Counted from the stretch's first letter, positions 48,701 through 58,563 are shown. The stretch: 64,000 nt of DNA from Candidatus Kerfeldbacteria bacterium RIFCSPLOWO2_02_FULL_42_19 (GCA_001818315.1 MHKF01000006.1:17148-81147); one strand, 5' to 3'. Numbers and translations are program-made. The notes: generated by a model not told the origin, from the letters alone.

Positions 48701-49670
48701 GGCGGTTACACAGATTGCAGCAGGAGGCGCTTTTGCCGAAGTTTCAAAAGACGTCGCCCTGATGATCAAAGAAAAATCCGAAGCAAAAATGCAAAAAATA
48801 GCTGCGGATCCTGTGCATCAGTTTTTGAAAGGTCAAGGTTTTGGCGGTGCGCCAGAAATAAATTATTCCATCGATGTCGTAGAAAAAGGTCCTGAAGGCA
48901 AAGAGACGGTTGGTGCAAAGTCATTCAATAATTTCACTGATCTTGCTGCGTTCGTACAAGCAAATCCAAATAAACTGACTGAAGAAGCGCGAAAAAATCT
49001 CGCCCAGGGTGCTCCATTTAAAGTTGGAATGAATTCAGGCGCGGCTTCATGGATGAAAAATCTCTCAGAAACGCAAAGGGCAGCCATCGAAAAAAGTTGG
49101 GTGCAAGTGACCGAAAAATTGAGACTTCCTGGCATGACGCAGGCACCGAAGATTCCATTTAAAGAATTACAAGCAACTGCAGCGCCGCGCGAAACACTTC
49201 AAACTGCCGAAGTCACAAAGCAGTCACGTGAAGAAGTATTTGAAATCACAGGGGAAAGTGTAAAGGAGGAAGAAGGGGGAGAAACAGCAGGAGAAGAACT
49301 AGGCGCAACACGTGCTGACATAGAAAAACTTGGGGAAAAAATGAGTCGCATCGAAAGGGGTGTGCGCAAGATTGGACCGAAAGTCGAAGAGACGGCTGGT
49401 AGAGCGGAATATCTGACGCGACTGAAACTGCAAGAAAAGATGGGTGCACCTCTTGAAACAGCGAAAGAAGAAGCTGAAAAGAAGGAATCCGAACGCAAAG
49501 TAGGCGGTCGCATTAGCGCGCTTGAAGAACGCATGAGCGGAAAAGAACCGGAAACACCGCGCGTAACACCAGAAACCAAACCAGAAGCTATCGAAACGCC
49601 AGCAGGTGAAACTCCAACAACAACGATACCACCAAAAGAAACACCACCAACGCCACCGAGTGAATTATAA
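45792..49670 (+). CDS. VirB6/TrbL-like polytopic membrane protein with a long C-terminal extension
   Basis: GWALVRDISNMFFIIILL, AVLINFS and LVVLSPLAF...WW membrane core, followed by ~900 soluble residues containing HEKAH. Confidence 0.7.
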   Translation: MDEVKKTFKKRSYKSRLRRWIPRITAAWMVLIILAAFGQFFGDHIIPAVLAQDKQEPDWLALQIAKILFYVFVIPLGTLTTLLLRVLIYVSTIGTGEFTKTSGVVVGWALVRDISNMFFIIILLVIAFATVLRIKTYNYQALLPRLVIMAVLINFSKTIAGIFIDFSQVIMLTFINAMRDAAEVGLAGVLGLGDLLNLDQSVLQDPNTLKGITNTQVIVTLIAAILMLGIAAVTILIFIVTLVFRVAMLWFLVVLSPLAFLSWTFPNARKYSAQWWGEFGTWTTIGPITAFFLWLSLLIVEASRQVFVDPNNQESLSLSIPLVDPKTVTTESELNVGLSRATSSAGVSNFILAISLLLASQKFISQMSTQAGSVLSRFTGKGAAFLAGAMIGAYKWGGRTVGGAAYGLGRAGVQGIDYAAGGIGGRNRFRPFLSDRIIHGVSEGLSGVPLIGGSVREWHANRTHRLREEAKKAGEYTKYTTYAEAEDLIGSIPFTRPRQAAHRALSNRMFHMIPGLDTALGHFENMDTDDMKQAMPHAYAAFRNRVFTTGSNAQIQRYLQALTNDASFFTHQAGADRAKAAGWNAAAARFGEREGLLPQLGGVGGVPAPANAARSVIGNANLPVGDPSRLVVDETQFGQYDAQLSFNPAHPEAGRYHMERPFDREKYLRTLRMSQQQGDALFQSPEFNAEMYYPQAQFGAMQNQRKALGLDTRDQQLALQQVRVEQQLNRIGGADSLIRKGERGDTMHSATLAVDFSDVRSPELAHIQGKLGANLSGTDKQAFIHEVAGAMENVATNKEAAQKQWSETAEPEKEKILRTALSAPGKSNAQVQQELESLTENQEIELFQKSQKDRAAKFRTHAGSLDTLSVINKGREIGDARMILTHEKAHDEMHALSTEEKDEVWSAIPQEAQKHLTEQVQQNWAGLKVDPADTPEVVQQKQADIKEEALSEIMAYSRLKGIGKKVPGGAAVTQIAAGGAFAEVSKDVALMIKEKSEAKMQKIAADPVHQFLKGQGFGGAPEINYSIDVVEKGPEGKETVGAKSFNNFTDLAAFVQANPNKLTEEARKNLAQGAPFKVGMNSGAASWMKNLSETQRAAIEKSWVQVTEKLRLPGMTQAPKIPFKELQATAAPRETLQTAEVTKQSREEVFEITGESVKEEEGGETAGEELGATRADIEKLGEKMSRIERGVRKIGPKVEETAGRAEYLTRLKLQEKMGAPLETAKEEAEKKESERKVGGRISALEERMSGKEPETPRVTPETKPEAIETPAGETPTTTIPPKETPPTPPSEL

Positions 49671-49675
49671 TCATC

Positions 49676-51304
49676 ATGCTTGACGCATTATACACACAAT
49701 TCCACGCTCTTCCAGAGAAGATACGCGACGCTGTGAGCTCTGCAGAAGCTCTTAGTGTACTTGAAGAGATTGAAGAAAAATACGATATTCTTTTAGCGAA
49801 GTTCGTCATGAAAGTAATGATTCGTGAGATTCCTATAGAATCCATCGGTTCGCGTTTGATACAGGATTACCATAAGGATCCAGATGAAGCAGTACGCATC
49901 GCACGGGAACTCATTGATCGTTTTTTTAAACCCGTGTTGGGTTTTTTGACAGCACATAAACGTAGGGTGGAAGAAATAAAAAAGCCACAATACATACAAC
50001 CAACACGTGCATCGTCAGAAAAAAAGTTGGAGCAAATGACACCGTCACAGGTGCCTTTATCGAGTAGAACAGTTTCTCCAGCATTTATACCGTCGCAATC
50101 ATTTCAACAACAGGCACACATACCCGAACGTTCGCCGATAGTACCAAGCGCTCGTGACGTGACACAAAGAATGGGAGTAGACATCTTGCCGAACACATCA
50201 AAGCAGATGGAACCCACGCAAGATATCACAGCATTTACGCAAGAACTCATTCGTATGTATCAGCTGCCGGTGCAAACTCAGGATCAATTACGTCGATTTT
50301 ATAATCTCATCGTGTCGCGCATGAAGGGGATTCGCGATGAACAGGAACTTCATGATATGTTGATCAGTCCTTGGAATCTTGGAGGTATGGATTTTACGAC
50401 AGGTCTTGTACAACAAGTACAAAGTTCTATACAAAAACAAGCTGCGTTTCTTCAACAGATGACTGATGAACAATCTGAGACTTATGAAAAGAACGGTCAA
50501 GAAAAAATAGTCTTCGCTCATGGAGATGCCGCAAGTGTGAATATTCGTACAGAGCAGCCTACCAAAATAGCGCGACCCGTTTTTGAAAAACCGATCCATG
50601 ACATCCCAGCGCCACAGGTAGCGACCCCAACGACAACATTAGAAGAGCAAAGAGGGCAAGACGCACGACAAGCACAAACAACCTCAATCTATACGAATCC
50701 TCTGCAACAAGGATGGCAATATACTACGAAAGTAGAGTACAAAAAAGACGCACCTTCAAGAACACCAGTAATTCTACCAACAGAGAGCAAAGAAATAGAG
50801 TCACAAAGCAAACCCCAAGTTGTCAGCGCGCCTGTTCCACAAGAGGTAGTAAAACCTAAGCCGCTAGAAGCAACAACAATACCCAAAATAATGCCTGCAC
50901 AGAAAATTTTCCCAACCGTTCGGAAGAGCCTTTTACCGGATTCCAAACCAAAACTTTCAGACATTAGAATGCGCCCTACACCCATGGGACCACTGGAAGA
51001 GTTGCAAAGTTTCAGTGTGAAGGATCTGCGGCAACTTTCTCAAGATCCAAAGCAAGTTACGCAACTCTTACAAGGAAAATTGGATTTGCTCGAAGAAGAA
51101 TCGCTCGAAGCAAAAAGCAAGGGCATCAACGCATGGAAGCGATCAGTACTCAATCAACTCTATATTGAAATGGGTCAAGAAAGTCTTGTATCTGGCGAAT
51201 CTATTGAAAATATTATGCAGAAGCGCGCCGAACAAAAAAGGCCATATTTAACTGTAGAAGAATTTGAGGCGATTGCGGATTTTAATACTTCTTTGCGATT
51301 TTAA
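49676..51304 (+). CDS. Hypothetical protein (globular ends, P/Q/T-rich linkers)
   Basis: 542-aa ORF, co-oriented and tightly spaced within the locus. Confidence 0.7.
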   Translation: MLDALYTQFHALPEKIRDAVSSAEALSVLEEIEEKYDILLAKFVMKVMIREIPIESIGSRLIQDYHKDPDEAVRIARELIDRFFKPVLGFLTAHKRRVEEIKKPQYIQPTRASSEKKLEQMTPSQVPLSSRTVSPAFIPSQSFQQQAHIPERSPIVPSARDVTQRMGVDILPNTSKQMEPTQDITAFTQELIRMYQLPVQTQDQLRRFYNLIVSRMKGIRDEQELHDMLISPWNLGGMDFTTGLVQQVQSSIQKQAAFLQQMTDEQSETYEKNGQEKIVFAHGDAASVNIRTEQPTKIARPVFEKPIHDIPAPQVATPTTTLEEQRGQDARQAQTTSIYTNPLQQGWQYTTKVEYKKDAPSRTPVILPTESKEIESQSKPQVVSAPVPQEVVKPKPLEATTIPKIMPAQKIFPTVRKSLLPDSKPKLSDIRMRPTPMGPLEELQSFSVKDLRQLSQDPKQVTQLLQGKLDLLEEESLEAKSKGINAWKRSVLNQLYIEMGQESLVSGESIENIMQKRAEQKRPYLTVEEFEAIADFNTSLRF

Positions 51305-51334
51305 GAATAGGCGAAGAAATGGTATAATAAATGT

Positions 51335-51784
51335 ATGCAATTTGTGGTTCCGCAGTTTATTGAAGTCGAAAACAAAATTATCGGTCCGATTTCAACAAGA
51401 CAATTCATTCTCCTGGTAATTCTGGGAGTTATTGAATTTTTACTCTTTCGACTTGCGCCGGTATGGATGTTTATTATCGGTGGCGTCATTACGCTTGTAA
51501 TGTTTATCACCCTTGCTTTTGTGAAAGTGAACAGTCAGCCTTTTCATTTATTTCTCCTGGCAATTATCCAAACACTCAAAAAACCATCACAAAGAGTGTG
51601 GACCAAAGCAGGACACTATCAAGAAAAGAAAAAGAGCAAAGAGAAAGAGTCGCTTCCAAAAAGTATTCCAATCAAGCCACATTTTACACGCTCAAGACTT
51701 GCAGAACTTTCGCTGGTGGTCGATACCGGCGGCGCATATCGTGATACAGAAGTGTTCAATCTCAATCCATTCAAACATCAATAA
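51335..51784 (+). CDS. PrgI family protein (VirB3-like)
   Basis: MQFVVPQFIEVENKIIGPISTRQF followed by two TM helices. Confidence 0.85.
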   Translation: MQFVVPQFIEVENKIIGPISTRQFILLVILGVIEFLLFRLAPVWMFIIGGVITLVMFITLAFVKVNSQPFHLFLLAIIQTLKKPSQRVWTKAGHYQEKKKSKEKESLPKSIPIKPHFTRSRLAELSLVVDTGGAYRDTEVFNLNPFKHQ

Positions 51785-51789
51785 AAAAC

Positions 51790-52473
51790 ATGCATTCACA
51801 AAAGTTGGCACAAGGTCGCATCACAAAATCGGTGCAAAAATATATCGACATTTATGAAATTAAGGATGATGTCGTGGTATTGAAAGATGGTTCCATGCGA
51901 GGCGTACTGCTTGTTTCGAGTATCAATTTTGCTTTGAAATCAGAAGAAGAACAAAGCGCCATTATCCAATCTTACGTCCAATTCCTCAACTCCCTTAATT
52001 TTCCTTTGCAGATCGTTATACAATCCCGCAGGCTTAATATCGAAGCCTATCTCGAACGCCTCAAAAACATCGAAAGAGAACAAACAAACGAACTCCTGCG
52101 AATCCAAACAGCCGATTACCGAAAATTCGTCGGAGAACTCGTAGAAATTGCCGATATCATGAGTAAACATTTTTACGTAGCTATACCGTATTCCCCGTAT
52201 CATAAAGGAGAAAAAAAAGGTTTTTTTTCAAGATTCGGTGAAGTGTTTTCGCCAGCGACCGTAATTACGCTCCAGAGACAAAAATTTGAAAAATACAAAC
52301 AAGAGCTCGAAAGAAGAGTATCACTCGTAAGCGATGGATTGGCTTCTATGGGACTGACATCCGTCATGTTGGATACGCAAAGTCTTATTGAGTTGTATTA
52401 CAATACCTATAATCCCACTATGTACGAGCATCAGCGTTTAACGGATCTCAACGCGATCCAAGTAGTTGAATAA
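51790..52473 (+). CDS. TraC/VirB4 N-terminal-like protein
   Basis: VSSINFALKSEEEQSAII...FLNSLNFPLQIVIQSR...LYYNTYNP; directly upstream of virB4. Confidence 0.75.
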   Translation: MHSQKLAQGRITKSVQKYIDIYEIKDDVVVLKDGSMRGVLLVSSINFALKSEEEQSAIIQSYVQFLNSLNFPLQIVIQSRRLNIEAYLERLKNIEREQTNELLRIQTADYRKFVGELVEIADIMSKHFYVAIPYSPYHKGEKKGFFSRFGEVFSPATVITLQRQKFEKYKQELERRVSLVSDGLASMGLTSVMLDTQSLIELYYNTYNPTMYEHQRLTDLNAIQVVE

Positions 52474-52475
52474 AT

Positions 52476-54311
52476 ATGCCACAAGAGATTGTAAAAACAG
52501 TACAAACCACAATCGATAAAAAACAGGAAAAGCAAATTCTCGAAGCCGAACGCGTATTCCGGCGAGGAGAAATATCCGTGCGCGATCTCATTGCACCAGC
52601 AGCAATGAAAGTGAGTCCACGTGCTCTGGATATCGGTGGGAAACTCGCAAGCACACTCTTTGTGATCACGTATCCCCGATACATCGGCGTCGGCTGGTTT
52701 ACGCCCATCGTGATCTTGAATCTTCCTATCGACATCGCGATGTTTTTTTACCCTGTTGCTTCCGATATCGTACTCAAGCAGCTGCGCAATAAAGCAGGTG
52801 CCATCGAAGCTCAACTCCTTTCGGATGCAGAAAAAGGAGCGCCTCGTGATCCCATTCGCGAAACAGCGTTAAAGGACATCGAACAACTCCGCGATAATCT
52901 TGTGCAAGGTACCGAGCGATTTTTTCAATTTGCGCTCTATGTGACCGTATACGCTGATAACGAAAAGCAACTCGAAGAACGTGTTGAAAAAATAGAAAAT
53001 ATCTTCGGATCACGACTCGTGTATGTGAAGCGGGTGCTCTATCAAGCAGAACAAGGATTCAATTCAACAATGCCACTCGGCAATGACGAAATTGCCGTAT
53101 ATTTCAACATGAATTCTTCGCCATGCGCATCGTCATTTCCTTTTACTTCAGCTGAACTCACGAGCGATGAAGGGGTGCTCTTTGGAATCAATCGGCACAA
53201 CAATAGCCTCGTGCTTTTTGATCGTTTTTCACTGCAGAATGGCAATGCAGTCGTTTTTGCAACAGCAGGTGCTGGAAAAAGTTATGCGGTGAAACTTGAA
53301 GTTTTGCGAAGTTTGATGTATGGCACCGACATTATTATCATCGACCCAGAACGCGAATATAAATACCTCTCTGATTCTGTTGGCGGGACATTCATCAACA
53401 TTTCGTTGAATTCAGAAGCGAAAATTAATCCTTTCGATCTCCCGCGTCCAGTGGGCGGTGCCGATAGACCAGCGGACATTATTCGATCCTCCGTCATTAC
53501 ATTGAAAGGTTTGATTCGGATCATGGTAGGTAATTTGACGCCAGAAGAAGATTCGCTCGTTGATCGCGCACTCATTGAAACCTACGCGAAAAAAGATATT
53601 ACTGTTGAAAGCGACTTACATTCCATTGACGTACCGACAATGTTGGATTTCCAAGAAATACTTTCGGGTATGGAAGGGGGCGAAGGTTTGCTTTTGAAAA
53701 TAAAAAAGTACACTGAGGGAACGTTTGCCGGACTTTTTTCGAGTCAGACGAATATCGACATGAAAAATCAACTCGTTGTGTTTAGCGTGCGCGATCTTGA
53801 AGATGAGCTTCGGCCGATTGCGATCTATACGATTATGACCTATATTTGGAGTGTCGTACGTTCGCAACTCAAAAAACGAATTCTTGTGATCGATGAAGCG
53901 TGGTGGCTTATGCAGCACGAAGATTCCGCGAAATTTATTTACGCGTTGGTGAAACGATGTCGGAAATATTATCTGGGCGTCACGACGATTACACAGGATG
54001 TGAATGATTTTTTGCGTTCACCTTACGGTCAAGCGATTGTGACGAATTCAGCATTGCAACTCCTCTTAAAACAATCACCGGCATCAATTGATATTGTCGC
54101 AAAAACATTTTTGCTGACACAGGGTGAAAGGTATTTGTTGCTTGAAAGTGGGGTCGGTGAAGGTATTTTTTTCGCAGGCAGCAAACATGCGGCTATTAAA
54201 GTTGTTGCGTCGTATGCAGAAGATCAGATCATTACCTCAGACCCACGGCAGTTGCTCGAAATCGAAAAAGCGAAAAAAGAATTCGAAGAATCTATAGGAA
54301 ATAAACAGTAA
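52476..54311 (+). CDS. VirB4-like T4SS ATPase
   Basis: Walker A ATAGAGKS, IIDPEREY, Walker B VIDEAW, RKY and TQDV. Confidence 0.9.
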   Translation: MPQEIVKTVQTTIDKKQEKQILEAERVFRRGEISVRDLIAPAAMKVSPRALDIGGKLASTLFVITYPRYIGVGWFTPIVILNLPIDIAMFFYPVASDIVLKQLRNKAGAIEAQLLSDAEKGAPRDPIRETALKDIEQLRDNLVQGTERFFQFALYVTVYADNEKQLEERVEKIENIFGSRLVYVKRVLYQAEQGFNSTMPLGNDEIAVYFNMNSSPCASSFPFTSAELTSDEGVLFGINRHNNSLVLFDRFSLQNGNAVVFATAGAGKSYAVKLEVLRSLMYGTDIIIIDPEREYKYLSDSVGGTFINISLNSEAKINPFDLPRPVGGADRPADIIRSSVITLKGLIRIMVGNLTPEEDSLVDRALIETYAKKDITVESDLHSIDVPTMLDFQEILSGMEGGEGLLLKIKKYTEGTFAGLFSSQTNIDMKNQLVVFSVRDLEDELRPIAIYTIMTYIWSVVRSQLKKRILVIDEAWWLMQHEDSAKFIYALVKRCRKYYLGVTTITQDVNDFLRSPYGQAIVTNSALQLLLKQSPASIDIVAKTFLLTQGERYLLLESGVGEGIFFAGSKHAAIKVVASYAEDQIITSDPRQLLEIEKAKKEFEESIGNKQ

Positions 54312-54322
54312 TGAATTAAGGT

Positions 54323-54928
54323 ATGAATAAAAAATTTTTCATAATACTCATCGTTTTCGTGACTCTTCTGATTATCGGCGGAGGTATTCTCGTCTGGTTC
54401 TTATTGAAGTATCAAGAACTAAACTATGTAACGAATCAGCCGCAGAATGTAAATTCGAGGGCAGTAAATATTCCGGTAACAACAACAAATACGCAAACAG
54501 CGAATGCAAATGTAATTGAGCAAAATACGAATCAAGAGAAGAGTAACCTTGAGCAAAACACAGAAGACGAAATTACGGCGCTCAGTAGAAGTTTTATAGA
54601 ACGTTTCGGCACGTTCTCGAATCAGAATGAATACGAAAATATTAACAACCTTCGTATTTACATGACCAAGAAAATGCAAGCATATGCAGATACGCTTATC
54701 AAGAATGCAAAGGCAACAGATGAAAGCAGTCCTTATTATGGAATTACAACAAAAGTCGTAAGCGTTGAAATCAACGAACTTGCTCCCCCACAAGCGCAGG
54801 TAAAAATTACAACCCAGCGTAAGGAAACGAAAGAAAATAGCGAAACGAAAGTATTTTATCAAGATGTTGAGATGGGTGTTGTGCAGGAGAGAGAAGTTTG
54901 GAAGATTGATAGTGTCACATGGAAGTAA
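54323..54928 (+). CDS. Bitopic membrane protein, possibly VirB8/TcpC-like (NTF2-like) by context
   Basis: N-terminal TM, N/T-rich linker and a compact alpha/beta C-terminal domain ending WKIDSVTWK. Confidence 0.55.
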   Translation: MNKKFFIILIVFVTLLIIGGGILVWFLLKYQELNYVTNQPQNVNSRAVNIPVTTTNTQTANANVIEQNTNQEKSNLEQNTEDEITALSRSFIERFGTFSNQNEYENINNLRIYMTKKMQAYADTLIKNAKATDESSPYYGITTKVVSVEINELAPPQAQVKITTQRKETKENSETKVFYQDVEMGVVQEREVWKIDSVTWK

Positions 54929-54945
54929 GAGTATAGATAATTATT

Positions 54946-55680
54946 ATGTCAGCAGAAGCAGCTGAAAATCTTCAAAGTATGCCTGTGTTGCCAGCAGCTT
55001 ATCAGGCGCAGGCAGCGAGGCAACTTTCGCGGGAAAAACAAGGTAGACGTCTTTCCGCTGTACCAGCGCCATTAGGTTTGGATTATGGGGGGGCTGGAAT
55101 GCCTTCTGCGGAAAGTGATGCTGCGGAAGCGTCGAACGAAGCAAGTTCCGCAACATCGGCAGAAGGTGCACTAGATCAAAAACCAGTTATCCAAGGAGCG
55201 CAACTACAGCAGGCACTGAGGCGTTCATTGGGACAACGAACAAAACTTGCGCGCGAGGGTTCGGAAGGCGCAGAAGAAGAAAGTAAAAAAGGGGCGGTTT
55301 CAGATGCCACGGCTACCGGTGTGCGACTTTTGACTGATAACGCATTGACATGGTGCTTCCGATACTGCGCAACGTTTGAACCTTTTGGAATTGTTTTGGT
55401 TGTACTGCCGTATCTGAATTTTCATTTTTGCCAAGCGCACTTGCGTGGATCCCAATGGTTTCGAAAATTCAAGTTGTGGGAAATCGTTGTGTTTATACTT
55501 CTAGATCTTCTCGTTATTGGTATTATCGCAAGCATTTTTATGCTCGTGATACTCGTCGTTGAGTCAGCACAAAAAAAAGCAGAAATCACGTGGCGTCTTA
55601 TTATGGGTTTAGTCACCGGCGGTATATCAGGTCTTAGTGGGGCAGCAGGATCTATTCTCGGAGAAGAATTGACTCAATAA
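54946..55680 (+). CDS. Hypothetical membrane protein
   Basis: Low-complexity N-terminus and 2-3 C-terminal hydrophobic segments. Confidence 0.65.
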   Translation: MSAEAAENLQSMPVLPAAYQAQAARQLSREKQGRRLSAVPAPLGLDYGGAGMPSAESDAAEASNEASSATSAEGALDQKPVIQGAQLQQALRRSLGQRTKLAREGSEGAEEESKKGAVSDATATGVRLLTDNALTWCFRYCATFEPFGIVLVVLPYLNFHFCQAHLRGSQWFRKFKLWEIVVFILLDLLVIGIIASIFMLVILVVESAQKKAEITWRLIMGLVTGGISGLSGAAGSILGEELTQ

Positions 55681-55688
55681 TTAAATTT

Positions 55689-56930
55689 ATGCTCGGCGTT
55701 AAAATAGAAATATTCAAAAAAATCGGATTCGTTTTTATCTTCTTGTTGGTTGCAATAGGTATGGGGTTTGTTATTTATCGTATCTTTTTTGGCCCACTTG
55801 TTCGTGAACCTGCAACGAATGTGAATATTTCGCTTCCTCCCGGAACACTACCGCCGACAAACGTCAATATTAACGCAGGAGTGATTATTCGTAATATTAA
55901 CGGAGTGCAAGAAGTCGTACTCCCTGCAATCGATACGGTCGCACGTGGAGGAAATACACTTGCTGAAGATGTACCTGCTGAGGCCGTGAGTAATGCGGAA
56001 GTAACCGAACGCGGAATCGTATATTATAACGAATTCGAAGGAAAATTTTACACACTAGATAAAGATGGCAAACCGCAAACGCTCACAGACGATGTGTATC
56101 GATCGGCAGAAGAAATCACGTGGAGCCCTGAAGGTTCTAAAGCAATTTTAGAATTTCCGGATGGCAGCAATATTCTGTATGATTTTGATAGTAAAAAACA
56201 AACAACACTCCCAAAGGAGTTAAGCGATTTTTCTTTTGCTCCAAGCGGCGGCGAGATTGCATTTAAATTTCTCACCGATCGCAAAGAGCACCGATGGCTT
56301 GGTGTATCTTCTCCCGACGGTTCGCAAGCGCGCGGCATTGAACAACTTGGAGAAAATGCAGAGAAGGTGACAGTTGATTGGTCACCGTCTGGACAGGTGA
56401 TTGCGACGTTTCGGGAAAGCGTCAATGCGGAGGATAACGAAATTACGTTCGTGGGTCTTAATGACGAGAATTTTAAGGGCCTTGTTGTGCAAGGAAGAGG
56501 ATTTCAATCGCAATGGTCACCTGCAGGAGATAGATTATTATACAGTGTCTATAATGCCCAAGGGAATTATCAGCCAGAGTTGTGGATTACCGATGCGCAA
56601 GGAGAGAATATCGGTCGAAACAATGTTCCACTGAAGATCAATACCTGGGCGGACAAATGTACTTTTTCGGTAAATACCGCAATCTATTGCGCAGTGCCAC
56701 AGACGTTACCGTACGGAGCAGGGATTGTGCCGGACCTTGCTGCGAGCACGCCAGATATTTTTTATAAAATTGATCTTGCAACCGGTACAAAAACTGTTAT
56801 CGCATACCCCGTGGATAGTAGCGGAAATTCACGATTCTCTGCCGAGAAGCTCTATGTAGGCAACGATGGCAAAAACCTCTTTTTTACGGATAAGCAAACT
56901 AGAAAACTCCAGAAAATTAGATTAGAATGA
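55689..56930 (+). CDS. Membrane-anchored TolB/WD40-like beta-propeller protein
   Basis: Repeated WSPxG motifs (WSPEG, FAPSG, WSPSG, WSPAG). Confidence 0.75.
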   Translation: MLGVKIEIFKKIGFVFIFLLVAIGMGFVIYRIFFGPLVREPATNVNISLPPGTLPPTNVNINAGVIIRNINGVQEVVLPAIDTVARGGNTLAEDVPAEAVSNAEVTERGIVYYNEFEGKFYTLDKDGKPQTLTDDVYRSAEEITWSPEGSKAILEFPDGSNILYDFDSKKQTTLPKELSDFSFAPSGGEIAFKFLTDRKEHRWLGVSSPDGSQARGIEQLGENAEKVTVDWSPSGQVIATFRESVNAEDNEITFVGLNDENFKGLVVQGRGFQSQWSPAGDRLLYSVYNAQGNYQPELWITDAQGENIGRNNVPLKINTWADKCTFSVNTAIYCAVPQTLPYGAGIVPDLAASTPDIFYKIDLATGTKTVIAYPVDSSGNSRFSAEKLYVGNDGKNLFFTDKQTRKLQKIRLE

Positions 56931-57665
56931 GTGTATATGAAAAATATTGGCCGTGAAACATTTTTTATCACTCTCAGCATCCTTGCCCTGATTTTTATTG
57001 TCGTGCTCTACGCCTTTGGACAATACCTCATGCAACAACCTGTCAAAACGCAAGCACAACAAACTTCTGATTTACAATATGATCCTTTAATTACGCTTGT
57101 ACCTGAGCAGTATCAAGTGCCGCCAGAAGGTAAATTTGAAATTTCAAATAATGATCCACAGCGTGGGGCCGAAGACGCGCCTGTGACGCTCGTGATTTTT
57201 TCGGATTTCCAGTGCCCGTACTGTTTGGACGCAGAAAATATTATCGCGCAGCTCGAGAAAGATTTTCCAGAAAAAATCCACATCGTCTGGAAAGACTTAC
57301 CGAATCCACGGCTGCATGCGGAAGCAAAGCCCGCAGCAGAAGCAGCGCGCTGCGCACAAAAGCAGGGAAAATTCTGGGAATTTCATGATGCCCTTTTCAA
57401 AAATACAGACAACCTCGCTACCGAACTCTACACAAAAATTGCAACAGACCTTCAGTTAAACTCCGAAGATTTTACAACGTGCGTCGAGTCGCATATGACA
57501 GAATCTCTCATACAAAAAAATTACATCGAAGGAAAATGGCTCGGTATCACCGCAACACCGTATTTTTTTATTAACGACGTGACGGTTTCCGGTGCGCGAG
57601 ACTATGAGTATTTTAAAGATGTCATAACGCAAGAACTCCAAAAGAAAGAGTCGACAATAGAATAA
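56931..57665 (+). CDS. DsbA-family thiol-disulfide oxidoreductase
   Basis: FSDFQCPYC, AAEAARCA..QGKFW, GITATPYFFIN and an N-terminal TM. Confidence 0.92.
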   Translation: MYMKNIGRETFFITLSILALIFIVVLYAFGQYLMQQPVKTQAQQTSDLQYDPLITLVPEQYQVPPEGKFEISNNDPQRGAEDAPVTLVIFSDFQCPYCLDAENIIAQLEKDFPEKIHIVWKDLPNPRLHAEAKPAAEAARCAQKQGKFWEFHDALFKNTDNLATELYTKIATDLQLNSEDFTTCVESHMTESLIQKNYIEGKWLGITATPYFFINDVTVSGARDYEYFKDVITQELQKKESTIE

Positions 57666-57669
57666 GTCT

Positions 57670-58563
57670 ATGCAACAACAGAGCAAAAAAAATATATGGA
57701 TTCAAAGATACTTAGGAAGGAGAGGCTATATTCCATTAGTTTTGGGCATACTTTTTGGAATGCTTTTTGCACTGCAGAACTTTGCACTCATTCCTGTTTT
57801 AGCACAAGGTCCGGATCAGCCCGCGAATACTGGTGCGCCAGATGCCGAAGCAGGGCCACTTCTCATTTCACTCGAAATTCCTATTGGTGGAAAAGCGACC
57901 GTAGGGAAACTCGATGAATATATTTCGGAACTCTATACATTTGCTCTCTCATTTATTGGTATTGTCGCGACGATCATGATTATGTGGGGCGGATTTAAGT
58001 GGGTAACAGCAGCAGGAAATTCAGGGAGAATTTCGGATGCTAAGGATACGATTTATAATGCAATTATTGGACTTGTGTTGGCGCTCCTTTCGTGGACTAT
58101 GTTGAATGTGATTAATCCCGCGTTAACATCAAATACGTTTCCAGAAGTGAGACCGATTAAACCAGCATATTCGAAGCTCGCGGACTATGTCGGAGCAAGT
58201 TGTGTGGCAGCTAATGCCGTTGACTCCATGAATATTTGTGAACATTTCAGTCTAGAGGCAACCCAAAACAAAAGTACAGATAGTTTAGTATGTAGTTTTG
58301 ACAGAAAAACTGGTGCTCAGGCATTCGATCATTGCACGATGAAACTATGTGCTGATACACTGGCGAATTGTGCTGGTACATACCCCGGTAACACTTATAA
58401 TTACAGGAAATGCCTTTGTTTATTGTATCAAAAAGATGAAAGTGACTGTAAAAAAGATAGTGAAACTTGCAAATTTCGGTGTAGTTGGCTGGAAGAACCG
58501 ATAACAAATTTAGAGCAAAGAGCAAATCCATGTTGGCCGGATGGGCTTACGCCAGTGATTTAG
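57670..58563 (+). CDS. CPR-type (TrbC/VirB2-like) pilin with cysteine-rich C-terminal domain
   Basis: YISELYTFALSFIGIVATIMIMWGGFKWVTAAGN...AKDTIYNAIIGLVLALLSWTMLNVINP, followed by a Cys-rich tail. Confidence 0.8.
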   Translation: MQQQSKKNIWIQRYLGRRGYIPLVLGILFGMLFALQNFALIPVLAQGPDQPANTGAPDAEAGPLLISLEIPIGGKATVGKLDEYISELYTFALSFIGIVATIMIMWGGFKWVTAAGNSGRISDAKDTIYNAIIGLVLALLSWTMLNVINPALTSNTFPEVRPIKPAYSKLADYVGASCVAANAVDSMNICEHFSLEATQNKSTDSLVCSFDRKTGAQAFDHCTMKLCADTLANCAGTYPGNTYNYRKCLCLLYQKDESDCKKDSETCKFRCSWLEEPITNLEQRANPCWPDGLTPVI

